A DNA stretch of 64,000 bases from Candidatus Micrarchaeota archaeon (GTDB lineage: Archaea; Micrarchaeota; Micrarchaeia; Anstonellales; Bilamarchaeaceae). Below, piece after piece: positions 29,964 to 38,711 of this stretch. The stretch is from NCBI GenBank assembly GCA_043821365.1, contig JBDRCX010000006.1, positions 576,001 through 640,000 on the forward strand, read 5' to 3'. A program made the translations under genes and the position numbers. The notes beneath the pieces are model-generated. The model saw nothing but the letters and a program-made list of their open reading frames with translations, was not told where the DNA came from and ran no database searches. How positions within the stretch are numbered: the stretch's first letter is position 1; each line of letters begins with the position of its first letter.

Positions 29964-30710
29964 ATGGGTTTTAAAAGCCCTTCATCAAATGTTCTATCTA
30001 TGAAGGCGTTCATATTCTCACTAGATGCTTTTGTAGCCTTTACGCTTGCTTTGGTTGTTATTTATTCGCTTATATTCTTCTCAAGCGTACCGTCGGCTTA
30101 CTATTATCTTCTTACTCAGGGACATTATCTTTCAAGAGATATACTATATTCACTATCAACTACTCAATGTTCTGGTATCTATTCATGTTACAATCCTAGT
30201 GCGTCTATTCTTGATAATATCGTATTCCCAGAATCTAGCCATGTTTTTGATGAATCTCTTGTACAGAATACTATAGGTGAGATGGTCCCAGATCAATTTG
30301 GTTATCTGATGGAAGTTAGCGAAGATCAAGGCCAAAGCTGGTATGTTGTATATAACACATCCAATAGACCTGCGCCAGTTGATAATCATGCTAAAAACAT
30401 CAAAAAGTTACAAATTTCTACCTATGTCATGGCATTCAACTATCCAGATACTTTAAATAAAATGGATAAAACTCCTTACAACTATAATAGCTGTGGATCT
30501 GGGGCAGGTTGGGTAGCTGGGACCACGGGTAGTGGTGGATCAACATGGACTAATTGGGGGTTAATAACATGCGGAGAACTAACAACAAGCGGTGGTACAC
30601 CTGGTTCACCACCAACTATTATTGGAAATACTCACCCATCAAATATTCTTGGTGGAGATCTTGTTCCTGCAACCGAGGTTAAACTCGTTAAATTTACTAT
30701 CTTCATCTAG
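29964..30710 (+). CDS. Pilin-like protein with class III-like signal peptide (start probably 30000)
   Basis: MKA/FIFSLDAFVAFTLALVVIY: basic residue, small residue, then hydrophobic helix. Confidence 0.65.
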   Translation: MGFKSPSSNVLSMKAFIFSLDAFVAFTLALVVIYSLIFFSSVPSAYYYLLTQGHYLSRDILYSLSTTQCSGIYSCYNPSASILDNIVFPESSHVFDESLVQNTIGEMVPDQFGYLMEVSEDQGQSWYVVYNTSNRPAPVDNHAKNIKKLQISTYVMAFNYPDTLNKMDKTPYNYNSCGSGAGWVAGTTGSGGSTWTNWGLITCGELTTSGGTPGSPPTIIGNTHPSNILGGDLVPATEVKLVKFTIFI

Positions 30711-30716
30711 GTGATT

Positions 30717-32306
30717 ATGTTGGATAAAAAAGGTTTTCTTTTTACTGTGACGGTGTTTTTGATACTTACTTATATTCTTTTGTCAATTTCAGTTTGGGTA
30801 AAATCAGTTGAAACATCTGAGCGATCATTTGCTGATTTTTATAAACAATCAACAATAGAACTTGCAATAGAACAAATTACTCCTGAGAAAATGGGTAATG
30901 TTTCCTCTATAATCATGAATAGAGCTCTCAATAGACTCAATGAGCATACAATTGATCATCCGATATATGCTGGTCCTAGTGGTAATGAAAATAAATACAT
31001 CAGAACAACAATGTTCAGTTTGTTGATGAATGGCTCTGCCAGTGGAATATATTTCGTTGGGCTATCTGACACAATTACACAAGAAGAAAACTCATCATTC
31101 AAATCCTGGGTTTACAATCTTAATTCATCTTTAGCAGCAATTGGTGTCTACATCTCAGATTTTAGTGTTTATGATTTCAATTTAACTCAGGACGATATTG
31201 ATCTGATAAATTATTCATTCACAATCAACCTTAGTATGAAAGATTTTGCCAACACAACCTCAGTTTCAAGAGTTTACTATATTGACAACCAATTGGACAT
31301 CACTGGTCTTGTTGATCCTGCACTTGCAAGAACAAGTATAGACGAAGCAGGTGATGCCTTAGCAGTTTACAGGATGTTTTTCTTCAATAAAAATTATTCT
31401 GATCCATCAGATATTACAATTAACTCCATTCCAGGCTCTATCTATGGTGGACAGGGTTGGGTATATGGCTATCTTGCTGATGCTAATTCATCTCATAATT
31501 ATAATTTGATTCCATATGCAGTAAATGTGAATGAGAGTGAAAGGCATTTGTACATTCTCTACGGAACCTATTCAGAACTTGAAGCACTTTCATATGATAT
31601 ATTTGAAGATTTTGGTGGTTATATTGTTACTACAAAACCAGGAAATCCATCGAACTGTACTTCTGGAAGTACAACCTATGAAAATGAAGATGAAACACTT
31701 AATCCAATAGAATATACTGGAGGAAGCTGTACGCCAGAATTAGCATCTGGTGCTGATGTTATTTATACAAGCAAACCATTCATTGTTTCTCATGGATTTA
31801 ATTCTCTAAATGCAGAAGAATGTCCAATATTTGACGGTTCAAATTCAAGTGGAAGGTGTGTTCTGTTTTTGAATAATTATGGTCCTGAGGATGTTGCTAC
31901 CCTACCATCTAGAAAACTTTTAACAAGTGATGCTGGTCTTTATTCAATTGAAGAACTAAGAGACTTTGTAATGTGTGGTTATTACACCCATAGTCCTGAT
32001 GGCCCATCATACTTCCAAAGGCTTATGGTAAACTCATATACAAGAAATAGCACAGAATTTGGACTTGAAACATTTGTCATTGGTATTTATGCAAATGATA
32101 CTTCCGTTTATGATACTCAAAGTAGACTTGATAGAGAATTATACATTGCAGGAGTACAAACCAAAATCCGAGGGCTTCCTGGATGCAAAAATTATGCTGC
32201 ATGTTCTGATTCTCCAAAAACCGGAATATTCGCAGCAAGTGCAAGTGTGATCTCAAGCTATGGTCTTGATGATATTGCATGCGATGTTGGTGCGGGGTGC
32301 GACTAA
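30717..32306 (+). CDS. Large pilin-like/adhesin protein with class III signal peptide
   Basis: DKKG/FLFTVTVFLIL; secreted-type composition with Cys pairs; ATG after AGGTGA. Confidence 0.7.
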   Translation: MLDKKGFLFTVTVFLILTYILLSISVWVKSVETSERSFADFYKQSTIELAIEQITPEKMGNVSSIIMNRALNRLNEHTIDHPIYAGPSGNENKYIRTTMFSLLMNGSASGIYFVGLSDTITQEENSSFKSWVYNLNSSLAAIGVYISDFSVYDFNLTQDDIDLINYSFTINLSMKDFANTTSVSRVYYIDNQLDITGLVDPALARTSIDEAGDALAVYRMFFFNKNYSDPSDITINSIPGSIYGGQGWVYGYLADANSSHNYNLIPYAVNVNESERHLYILYGTYSELEALSYDIFEDFGGYIVTTKPGNPSNCTSGSTTYENEDETLNPIEYTGGSCTPELASGADVIYTSKPFIVSHGFNSLNAEECPIFDGSNSSGRCVLFLNNYGPEDVATLPSRKLLTSDAGLYSIEELRDFVMCGYYTHSPDGPSYFQRLMVNSYTRNSTEFGLETFVIGIYANDTSVYDTQSRLDRELYIAGVQTKIRGLPGCKNYAACSDSPKTGIFAASASVISSYGLDDIACDVGAGCD

Positions 32307-32758
32307 TGAAAGGACAATCTTCATTTGAACTTCTTGTTTCGTTCGGTGTTGTTCTAGCATTTACAATACCTGTTTTGTTTTTGTTACTATCATTTACTTC
32401 TGTTGGTTATGAAGATGCAGCCAAAGCACAAGCAGATGCAACTGCAAGAACACTTGCAGATACAATGAATACAATTTATGCACAGGGAAATGGTGCACAA
32501 AGGGAAATTTTACTTAATGCACCAGTATCAACCCAACAAATCTATGCACAAGATGGTGAGGTTGTTGTTCGTATAAAAACAACAAATGGAGAATTTGATG
32601 CAGTTGCTCCAACAATTGCAACAATTAGTACTTCATATTACAATCTTACAGAAGACCAGTACGGTAATTACCAGCAAAAAACCGGTCTTTTCAGAGCCAT
32701 CGTAAGTGCAAATGTAACTGGTGGGAATCTGGAGGTAGAGATTGTTGCACCAAACTAA
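32306..32758 (+). CDS. Class III signal peptide pilin-like protein
   Basis: MKG/QSSFELLVSFGVVL (ORF track start 32279). Confidence 0.8.
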   Translation: MKGQSSFELLVSFGVVLAFTIPVLFLLLSFTSVGYEDAAKAQADATARTLADTMNTIYAQGNGAQREILLNAPVSTQQIYAQDGEVVVRIKTTNGEFDAVAPTIATISTSYYNLTEDQYGNYQQKTGLFRAIVSANVTGGNLEVEIVAPN

Positions 32759-33218
32759 ATTACGTGGCCAGGTGGCAACGGAATTCTTGCTATACACCTC
32801 ATTCTTCATTGTAATTACAATTGCTGCATTTTTGATTGTTAATGAATTACAAAGGTCTGAAATACCTCTCCAACAAAATAAGGTTGTAAAAGAAACTGGA
32901 GAAACCTTTGTCAATATAATCACTCTATCTGTTAAGGGTGGGGAAGGTTTTTCCTATTCATATACGTTCCCGAGAACAATATTCGGAATTCCATACCAAA
33001 TAGACTTTACTCATTTGGCTTCCTCGCCAGATTATAATCAATATATCAGTATAATTTGGGAAGGCAGTTACGGAGAATTCATATATGATTATTATGTCCC
33101 AGCATACAATTACTATCCTACTGGGTGCATTGGTGGTGGGATGTTTACGAGTAACAGTTCATGTTCAAATGTATTAACGTTAATAAATGATGGTGAGAAT
33201 CTTACCATAACACAATAG
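32742..33218 (+). CDS. Class III signal peptide pilin-like protein
   Basis: LRG/QVATEFLLYTSFFI. Confidence 0.8.
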   Translation: MLHQTKLRGQVATEFLLYTSFFIVITIAAFLIVNELQRSEIPLQQNKVVKETGETFVNIITLSVKGGEGFSYSYTFPRTIFGIPYQIDFTHLASSPDYNQYISIIWEGSYGEFIYDYYVPAYNYYPTGCIGGGMFTSNSSCSNVLTLINDGENLTITQ

Positions 33219-33226
33219 GTGCAAAT

Positions 33227-33727
33227 ATGAAAGGTCAATATTTTAGTTTTGATGCCATAATCGCTTCGGTTATCTTTGTACTTGCGTTAGTAGCGTTACT
33301 TTCCTATTGGCACAGTGTACGTTCATTTCTGGACTACCAGAATGATCCAATGTCAAAGGAAGCAGTGAGAGTGTCGAATCTTCTTTTCACACCACCAACA
33401 TTTACAACTGGTCTTCCTTCTATCTGTCCAAATATGGAGAGGCTTGGGTTAGCATTTGATTGGACAGACCGAAGAATTGATCCAGATCTTGTTGATTGTG
33501 CTGAAAGCAATAATGGTAATCCAACTTGGTTAAATGAAAAACTCAGTACTCCGTATACTCTTACGTTGGTAATGTCTAATGTTAGTGATGCAAGCCAGTT
33601 TATATCTATTGGAACAGCTCCTACTGATCCTTTACATGTTGTTAAAATTAGACGACTCGGAACTGTCTTAGCTAATGATGGTACAACCTATTTGGTGAAT
33701 TTGGATTTGAGTTTGTATAAAGAATAA
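33227..33727 (+). CDS. Class III signal peptide pilin-like protein
   Basis: MKG/QYFSFDAIIASVIF. Confidence 0.8.
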   Translation: MKGQYFSFDAIIASVIFVLALVALLSYWHSVRSFLDYQNDPMSKEAVRVSNLLFTPPTFTTGLPSICPNMERLGLAFDWTDRRIDPDLVDCAESNNGNPTWLNEKLSTPYTLTLVMSNVSDASQFISIGTAPTDPLHVVKIRRLGTVLANDGTTYLVNLDLSLYKE

Positions 33728-33744
33728 ATTAAAAAATAAAAAAA

Positions 33745-35052
33745 TTATTTACTTTTTGTTATTATTTCAATGTTATCAGGTACTTTGTTCACATTTCCTA
33801 TCTTCAGACCAATAAGCAATTTTATTCCTTGTTTTGAAGCTAGATCAGCAAGTCTTTGCGTAATAATACCATCAAACACTATTGCATGGACACCATTACT
33901 TTCACCCAAAGATTTGATAACATCTCTGACTGCAACCTCGTTGACCTTTTCGATGTTTTCATTGTAGAACCTTGCCTTAAGCGTATTACCAAGTGCATCA
34001 AGTTCTTTCATCAAGTCGTCTTTTGTTAGTTTCTGGGCTGGTTTGTCATCTACATCAAGCCGTGGTACGTCATCTGGAATCTCTCTCTTTTTTGGTTTCT
34101 TTTCTCTTTGTTCGATCGTTGACACAGGTTTTTGTTCAATTATAGGTTCCTCAATTGAAACTTCTTCTATTTGCTGTCTAAATCTAGGCACTTCGTTGTT
34201 GTTTCTTCTTTCTTGAACCCTATTATTCTTGGTGTTTTGTTCGTAGGGCATTCTGTTTCTAAGATGCTTTATTATCTCTTTCCTTGTTAATTCTTCAACT
34301 TCCAAGCCTGCCGGGGCTCTTGCAACAAAATCAATATCCACACCACCTTGGGATAGTTCATTCAATATTATGTCTCCTCCCCTATCTCCGTCAAGGAAAA
34401 GTGTTACCTCTTTCTTTTTAGAAAGGTGAACAATTGTTTTTGTTACTTTTGCTCCGCCTATTGCAACTACGTTTGCAATATCATTCTTAAGCAAGTTCAG
34501 AACATCTGCTCGTCCTTCCACAAAAATAACTTCATTATCTCTTTCGATATTTGGTCCAGAAGGCAAACGATCCTGGCCATATTCAGTTATTTCTGCTGTT
34601 TTGACCTCATCCCTAACTAATTGTGAAATCTCTTTACTTTCAGGAATTTCAGTATTTAGCAGGTTTTTAAGAAGGTTTTTGGCTCTGTCAACAAGATGCT
34701 TTCTCTTTAGATTCCTTGTGTCCTCAACCTTTGTTATCTTTAGCCTTGCTTCGCATGGACCAACCCTGTCAACAGTTTCCAATGCTGCTGCAATTATACA
34801 TGTTTCGACCATGTCAAGGCTGCTTGGGATTTTTATAAGACCAGTTGTTTTTCCATCTCTACCAGAAAGATCAACTTCAATTCTTCCGATTCTTCCATTT
34901 TTCTGAAGATCTCTGAGGTCTAAATCATCACCAAGCAATCCTTCGGTCTGGCCAAAAATTGCTCCAACTACGTCTGGTTTTTCAACCAGCCCACCAATTT
35001 CTACATTTGTATAAATCAAGTATTTTACTGTGTCTATATATGTTTTTGCCAT
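33745..35052 (-). CDS. dnaG: Archaeal DnaG (primase-like, exosome-associated)
   Basis: VEKPDVVGAIFGQTEGLLG, GRIGRIEV, TOPRIM FVEGRADV and FLDGDRGG. Confidence 0.96.
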   Translation of the reverse strand: MAKTYIDTVKYLIYTNVEIGGLVEKPDVVGAIFGQTEGLLGDDLDLRDLQKNGRIGRIEVDLSGRDGKTTGLIKIPSSLDMVETCIIAAALETVDRVGPCEARLKITKVEDTRNLKRKHLVDRAKNLLKNLLNTEIPESKEISQLVRDEVKTAEITEYGQDRLPSGPNIERDNEVIFVEGRADVLNLLKNDIANVVAIGGAKVTKTIVHLSKKKEVTLFLDGDRGGDIILNELSQGGVDIDFVARAPAGLEVEELTRKEIIKHLRNRMPYEQNTKNNRVQERRNNNEVPRFRQQIEEVSIEEPIIEQKPVSTIEQREKKPKKREIPDDVPRLDVDDKPAQKLTKDDLMKELDALGNTLKARFYNENIEKVNEVAVRDVIKSLGESNGVHAIVFDGIITQRLADLASKQGIKLLIGLKIGNVNKVPDNIEIITKSK

Positions 35053-35245
35053 AAAATTTCATCTCCTTTTGTTTTTTGGTGAAATTTTATTATTGAACAA
35101 ATTGTCGTTCAATGCCATAAAAAATCACCATTTTTTATTATTGAACGAAACGTCCGATGGAACGTCGTTACGTTCCATGGACCAATGAAACACAAGGCGT
35201 TTCATCCGGTCGTTCAATGCCATAAATTTCATCTCCTTTTGTTTT
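35047..35245. repeat. Duplicated stop/RBS/start segment flanking nested inverted-repeat elements
   Basis: TGCCATAAA(A)TTTCATCTCCTTTTGTTTT at 35047-35075 and 35218-35245; internal ATTGAAC...GTTCAAT elements at 35092-35113 and 35140-35218. Confidence 0.85.
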
Positions 35246-35618
35246 CATTTTCTTCTTTTAATTTTTCATACGCTTTACTAGCATTTTCAAAGGTCCGTAT
35301 TCCTAGTGCGTATCCAAAATCTCCCCGTAATTGAAGATCAGCCTTTATCGAGAACCTTTCAAGTTCTTCTTTGGCTTTTTTAGCCAATTGGTGACCTCTA
35401 CGATCAAGATCTGTTAATACAAATACCTTTCTTACCATCGGCTCTTTCTTGACCAACTGTTCACAGCTTAATTTCAAATTCCCGGATATTGTCAGAATTT
35501 TGTCGAATCCCAAATCTTGGAGGGCTTTTTTATCTTTTTGTCCTTCAACAAATATCCATTGGTCTTTGAGTTTTTCCATGATTTTAGTCAGTTTATCGAG
35601 CTTTTCCATGGTTTCCAC
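35229..35618 (-). CDS. Small TOPRIM-domain protein
   Basis: IFVEGQKDKKAL and LTDLDRRG (DxD) motifs. Confidence 0.85.
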   Translation of the reverse strand: METMEKLDKLTKIMEKLKDQWIFVEGQKDKKALQDLGFDKILTISGNLKLSCEQLVKKEPMVRKVFVLTDLDRRGHQLAKKAKEELERFSIKADLQLRGDFGYALGIRTFENASKAYEKLKEENENKRR

Positions 35619-35649
35619 TATTAACCTCCTGGATCAGCAAAATGAGAGA

Positions 35650-35744
35650 ACTGTGCACTGTTGACCGCCGCAAGGGCTACTTTTCTCTTTCGAGATTGGT
35701 ATTCCATCATAGCTCAATGGCTCAGGTGGCCATCCATGCACAGT
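35650..35744. ncRNA. Candidate structured RNA element, family not recognised
   Basis: GC-enriched intergenic segment closed by ACTGTGCA/TGCACAGT with several nested stems. Confidence 0.35.
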
Positions 35745-35746
35745 GA

Positions 35747-36178
35747 TTATGAAATTGCAGCTCTTTCTTCTATTAAGTCTACTACTACTGGAAATATCTT
35801 CATGATATCTCCTTCGCTTAATATTCCTATGAGTTCATTATCATCATTAACAACAGGGAGTCTCTTTATTCTGTTCTCCCTCATTGCTTTTGCTGCATCT
35901 TCAATTGTAGTATCGGGTTTAACCACCCTTAATGGCCTTGACATTATTTCTTCAACTTTGGTTTTATAAGGGTCAACACCCTTTGCAAGCACTTTGTAAA
36001 CAATATCTCTCTCTGTAATTATTCCTTTTGCATGTTTTCCTGCACTGTCTTCAACGACAATCACTGAACCAACATTAGTTTTTTTCATGAATTTTGCCAC
36101 GTCAAGGATGGTTTTGCCAAATGGTACAACTACGACCTTCTTGGTCATAATATCTCCCACTTTCAAATCTGATCCCAT
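35747..36178 (-). CDS. CBS-domain pair protein
   Basis: VGDIMTK...GIITERDIV...VEEIMSRP...IKRLPVV...GILSEGDI. Confidence 0.92.
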   Translation of the reverse strand: MGSDLKVGDIMTKKVVVVPFGKTILDVAKFMKKTNVGSVIVVEDSAGKHAKGIITERDIVYKVLAKGVDPYKTKVEEIMSRPLRVVKPDTTIEDAAKAMRENRIKRLPVVNDDNELIGILSEGDIMKIFPVVVDLIEERAAIS

Positions 36179-36250
36179 GTTTTAACCTTTACTCGGAAGT
36201 CTTTAAAAACAACACCGAGTGCTGGTCTATTCATATTCTGTGTTATAGGA

Positions 36251-36258
36251 TTTAAATA
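36251..36258 (+). promoter_or_regulatory. Putative TATA box upstream of leuS
   Basis: TTTAAATA in the divergent intergenic region; the same TTTAAATACAT occurs upstream of apgM. Confidence 0.4.
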
Positions 36259-36359
36259 CATTCGCTTTTTTCCATTTTCTACCATTCTCAATTGTTTTTA
36301 CTAATGCCCCTACGTAAGAAACAGCCGCTTAAAAACATTTCTTAGTCAAATTCAAAGTT

Positions 36360-38711
36360 ATGGATTCTGTTGCTATTGATAAGAAATGGTCCAGCAAATG
36401 GGCCGAAGCCAAAGTATTTGAAGTTGATCCTGAACAAGGTAAGGAAAAACGTTATGTAACTGCAGCATTTCCATACCCAAATTCACCTCAACACATCGGT
36501 CATGGTAGGACCTATACTACTACTGATATATATGCCCGTTATTTGAGGATGAAAGGTTACAATGTTCTTTTTCCTATGGCTTTCCATGTTACAGGAACTC
36601 CAATAATAGCAATGGCAAAAAGAATTGCTGATAAAGACGAGGATGTTCTGGGAGTTTTTGAAAGAATTTATGGTATTGATCGAAATACAGCATCGAAATT
36701 AACTGACCCAAAAGATCTTGTAACTCATTTTTCTAAAGAAATAGAATCTGGTATGAAAGAGATGGGGTATTCTATAGATTGGAGAAGAAAATTTTATTCA
36801 TTTGATGTAAAGTTCAATAAATTTATTGAATGGCAGTTTAAAAAACTCCATGATCAGGGCTTGATAGTCCAAGGAGAACATCCAATTCCCTGGTGTCCAA
36901 AAGATAAACAAGCTGTTGGTGGGCATGATACTAAAGGGGATGTTGATCCTGAATTAAAAGAGTTTATCTGGATCAAATTCCGTCTAAAAGAATCTAATTT
37001 AATTTTAATGACAGGTACCACCCGTCCTGATGCTCTACTGGGCCAATCAAATCTTTGGGTTGATTCAAAAAGCAAATATAAAATTGTTCAAGTAAAAAAC
37101 GAAAAATGGGTGGTCGGAGTACCGGCAATAGAGAAGATACGTGCACAATACGATTCAAATGTAAAAATAATCGGTGAAATAGGTGCAGAAGAATTAATTG
37201 GCAAATGGGCCAAGGGACCAATAGTTGATTATGAAATGTATATCCTTCCTGCAGATTTTATTGATAGTAGTGTTGGTTCTGGATTGGTGTATTCTGCACT
37301 TGAAGATCCAGTTGATCTTTATGAATTACGTAAGATCCAATCAAATCCAAATCTCATTACCAAATATAATCTTGATCAAGAGACAACTGCAAAACTCAAA
37401 CCAATTCCAATCATAGACGTTGAGGGCATGAGCCAGGATCTGGGAGATTCCATAGGGAAGGAATTTGGAATCACTTCTGCAGATCAAAAAGACAAATTAG
37501 AAGAAGCAAAAGGAGAACTTAACCGTCGGGTTTTTCGCAAAGGTATTATGAATAAGAATTGTGGGAAATATTCTGGTATGAGTGTACCAAAATGTCAGGA
37601 TACAATCAAAACAGATCTGCTAACTTCTCATGATGCAGTTATGTTTTGGGAGCTTAATAATAAACCAGTTTACTGTCGTTGTGGGGCTGAAGTTGTTGCA
37701 AGCATACTGAAAAACCAATGGTTCATTGATTATGCAAAACCAGAATGGAAAGAAAAAGCAAAAGAATGCCTTGCACAGATGAACATTGTTCCAGATAAAA
37801 CAAGATCAGAATATCTTTATGCAATTGATTGGTTCAAGCAAAAAGCATGTGCTCGTGCAAGTGGTTTAGGCACTAAGTTTCCATTTGATAAAACCCAGAT
37901 GATAGAAGCACTTTCAGATTCAACTATTTACATGGCTTTCTATACTGTTGCGCATCTATTCCATAATTTTGAACCTGATGAACTTACTGAGGAGTTATTT
38001 GATTATGTTTTTCTTGGTAAAGGGAATACTAATCCAAAATGGCAAAAATTAAAGGAAAGTTTTGAATATTGGTATCCTCTTGATTCAAGACATTCGGGAG
38101 CTGATCTTGTTAGGAATCATCTTCCATTTTTCATATTCAATCATGTTGCTATTTTCCCAAAAAAACACTGGCCAAAACAGATTGTAACAAATGGTTTTGT
38201 TCTTATGGATGGAAGCAAGATGAGCAAATCAATGGGAAATATCTTACCATTGAGAAAGGCAATTACAGAATATGGGGCAGATGTTATTCGTTTTTCAGTT
38301 GTTTGTGGTGCTGATCTTTCAAGTGATGCTGACTTCAATAAGAGTGTTGCTGAGGGGGTCCGTTCCAGAATTGCAATCATAAATAAGCTAATTGATGCTT
38401 CTTTAAAATCTACAGCAAAGAGCCACGGAAGAGCTGAAAAATGGCTTCTTTCAAGACTTAACCGCAAAATAGAAAATGCAGAGAAAATGTATGATGAATT
38501 TTATATCCGTGAACTTGCACTTGATATTTTCTATGATGTTATTAGCGATCTTCAGTGGTATATGAAACGTACTAAAGAACCAAATTTGAAAGAGTTTTTC
38601 ATAAAATGGGTGCCTCTTATCGCCCCGTTTATGCCACATTATGCTGAAGAATATTGGGAAAATGCTTGGTCAGAATGCAAAGCATTCTGGACTGTCGCGA
38701 ACTGCTTCTAG
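36360..38711 (+). CDS. leuS: Leucine--tRNA ligase, archaeal type, N-terminal 5' frame (frameshifted near 38660)
   Basis: AFPYPNSPQHIGH, GGHDT, CP1 editing GTTRPD, DWF...ACAR, KMSKSMGN, PFMPHYAEEYWE. Confidence 0.93.
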   Translation: MDSVAIDKKWSSKWAEAKVFEVDPEQGKEKRYVTAAFPYPNSPQHIGHGRTYTTTDIYARYLRMKGYNVLFPMAFHVTGTPIIAMAKRIADKDEDVLGVFERIYGIDRNTASKLTDPKDLVTHFSKEIESGMKEMGYSIDWRRKFYSFDVKFNKFIEWQFKKLHDQGLIVQGEHPIPWCPKDKQAVGGHDTKGDVDPELKEFIWIKFRLKESNLILMTGTTRPDALLGQSNLWVDSKSKYKIVQVKNEKWVVGVPAIEKIRAQYDSNVKIIGEIGAEELIGKWAKGPIVDYEMYILPADFIDSSVGSGLVYSALEDPVDLYELRKIQSNPNLITKYNLDQETTAKLKPIPIIDVEGMSQDLGDSIGKEFGITSADQKDKLEEAKGELNRRVFRKGIMNKNCGKYSGMSVPKCQDTIKTDLLTSHDAVMFWELNNKPVYCRCGAEVVASILKNQWFIDYAKPEWKEKAKECLAQMNIVPDKTRSEYLYAIDWFKQKACARASGLGTKFPFDKTQMIEALSDSTIYMAFYTVAHLFHNFEPDELTEELFDYVFLGKGNTNPKWQKLKESFEYWYPLDSRHSGADLVRNHLPFFIFNHVAIFPKKHWPKQIVTNGFVLMDGSKMSKSMGNILPLRKAITEYGADVIRFSVVCGADLSSDADFNKSVAEGVRSRIAIINKLIDASLKSTAKSHGRAEKWLLSRLNRKIENAEKMYDEFYIRELALDIFYDVISDLQWYMKRTKEPNLKEFFIKWVPLIAPFMPHYAEEYWENAWSECKAFWTVANCF

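Noticed and set aside
35140-35218. Hammerhead ribozyme
   Set aside because: A three-way junction is present, but the CUGANGA core is missing on both strands.
35047-35245. CRISPR array
   Set aside because: Only 2-3 irregular repeat units, no uniform spacers and no cas genes.
35650-35770. tRNA, SRP RNA or C/D box sRNA
   Set aside because: No T-loop or cloverleaf, no SRP helix-8 motif, and the C/D-like boxes are degenerate and mis-spaced; kept only as an unassigned structured RNA.
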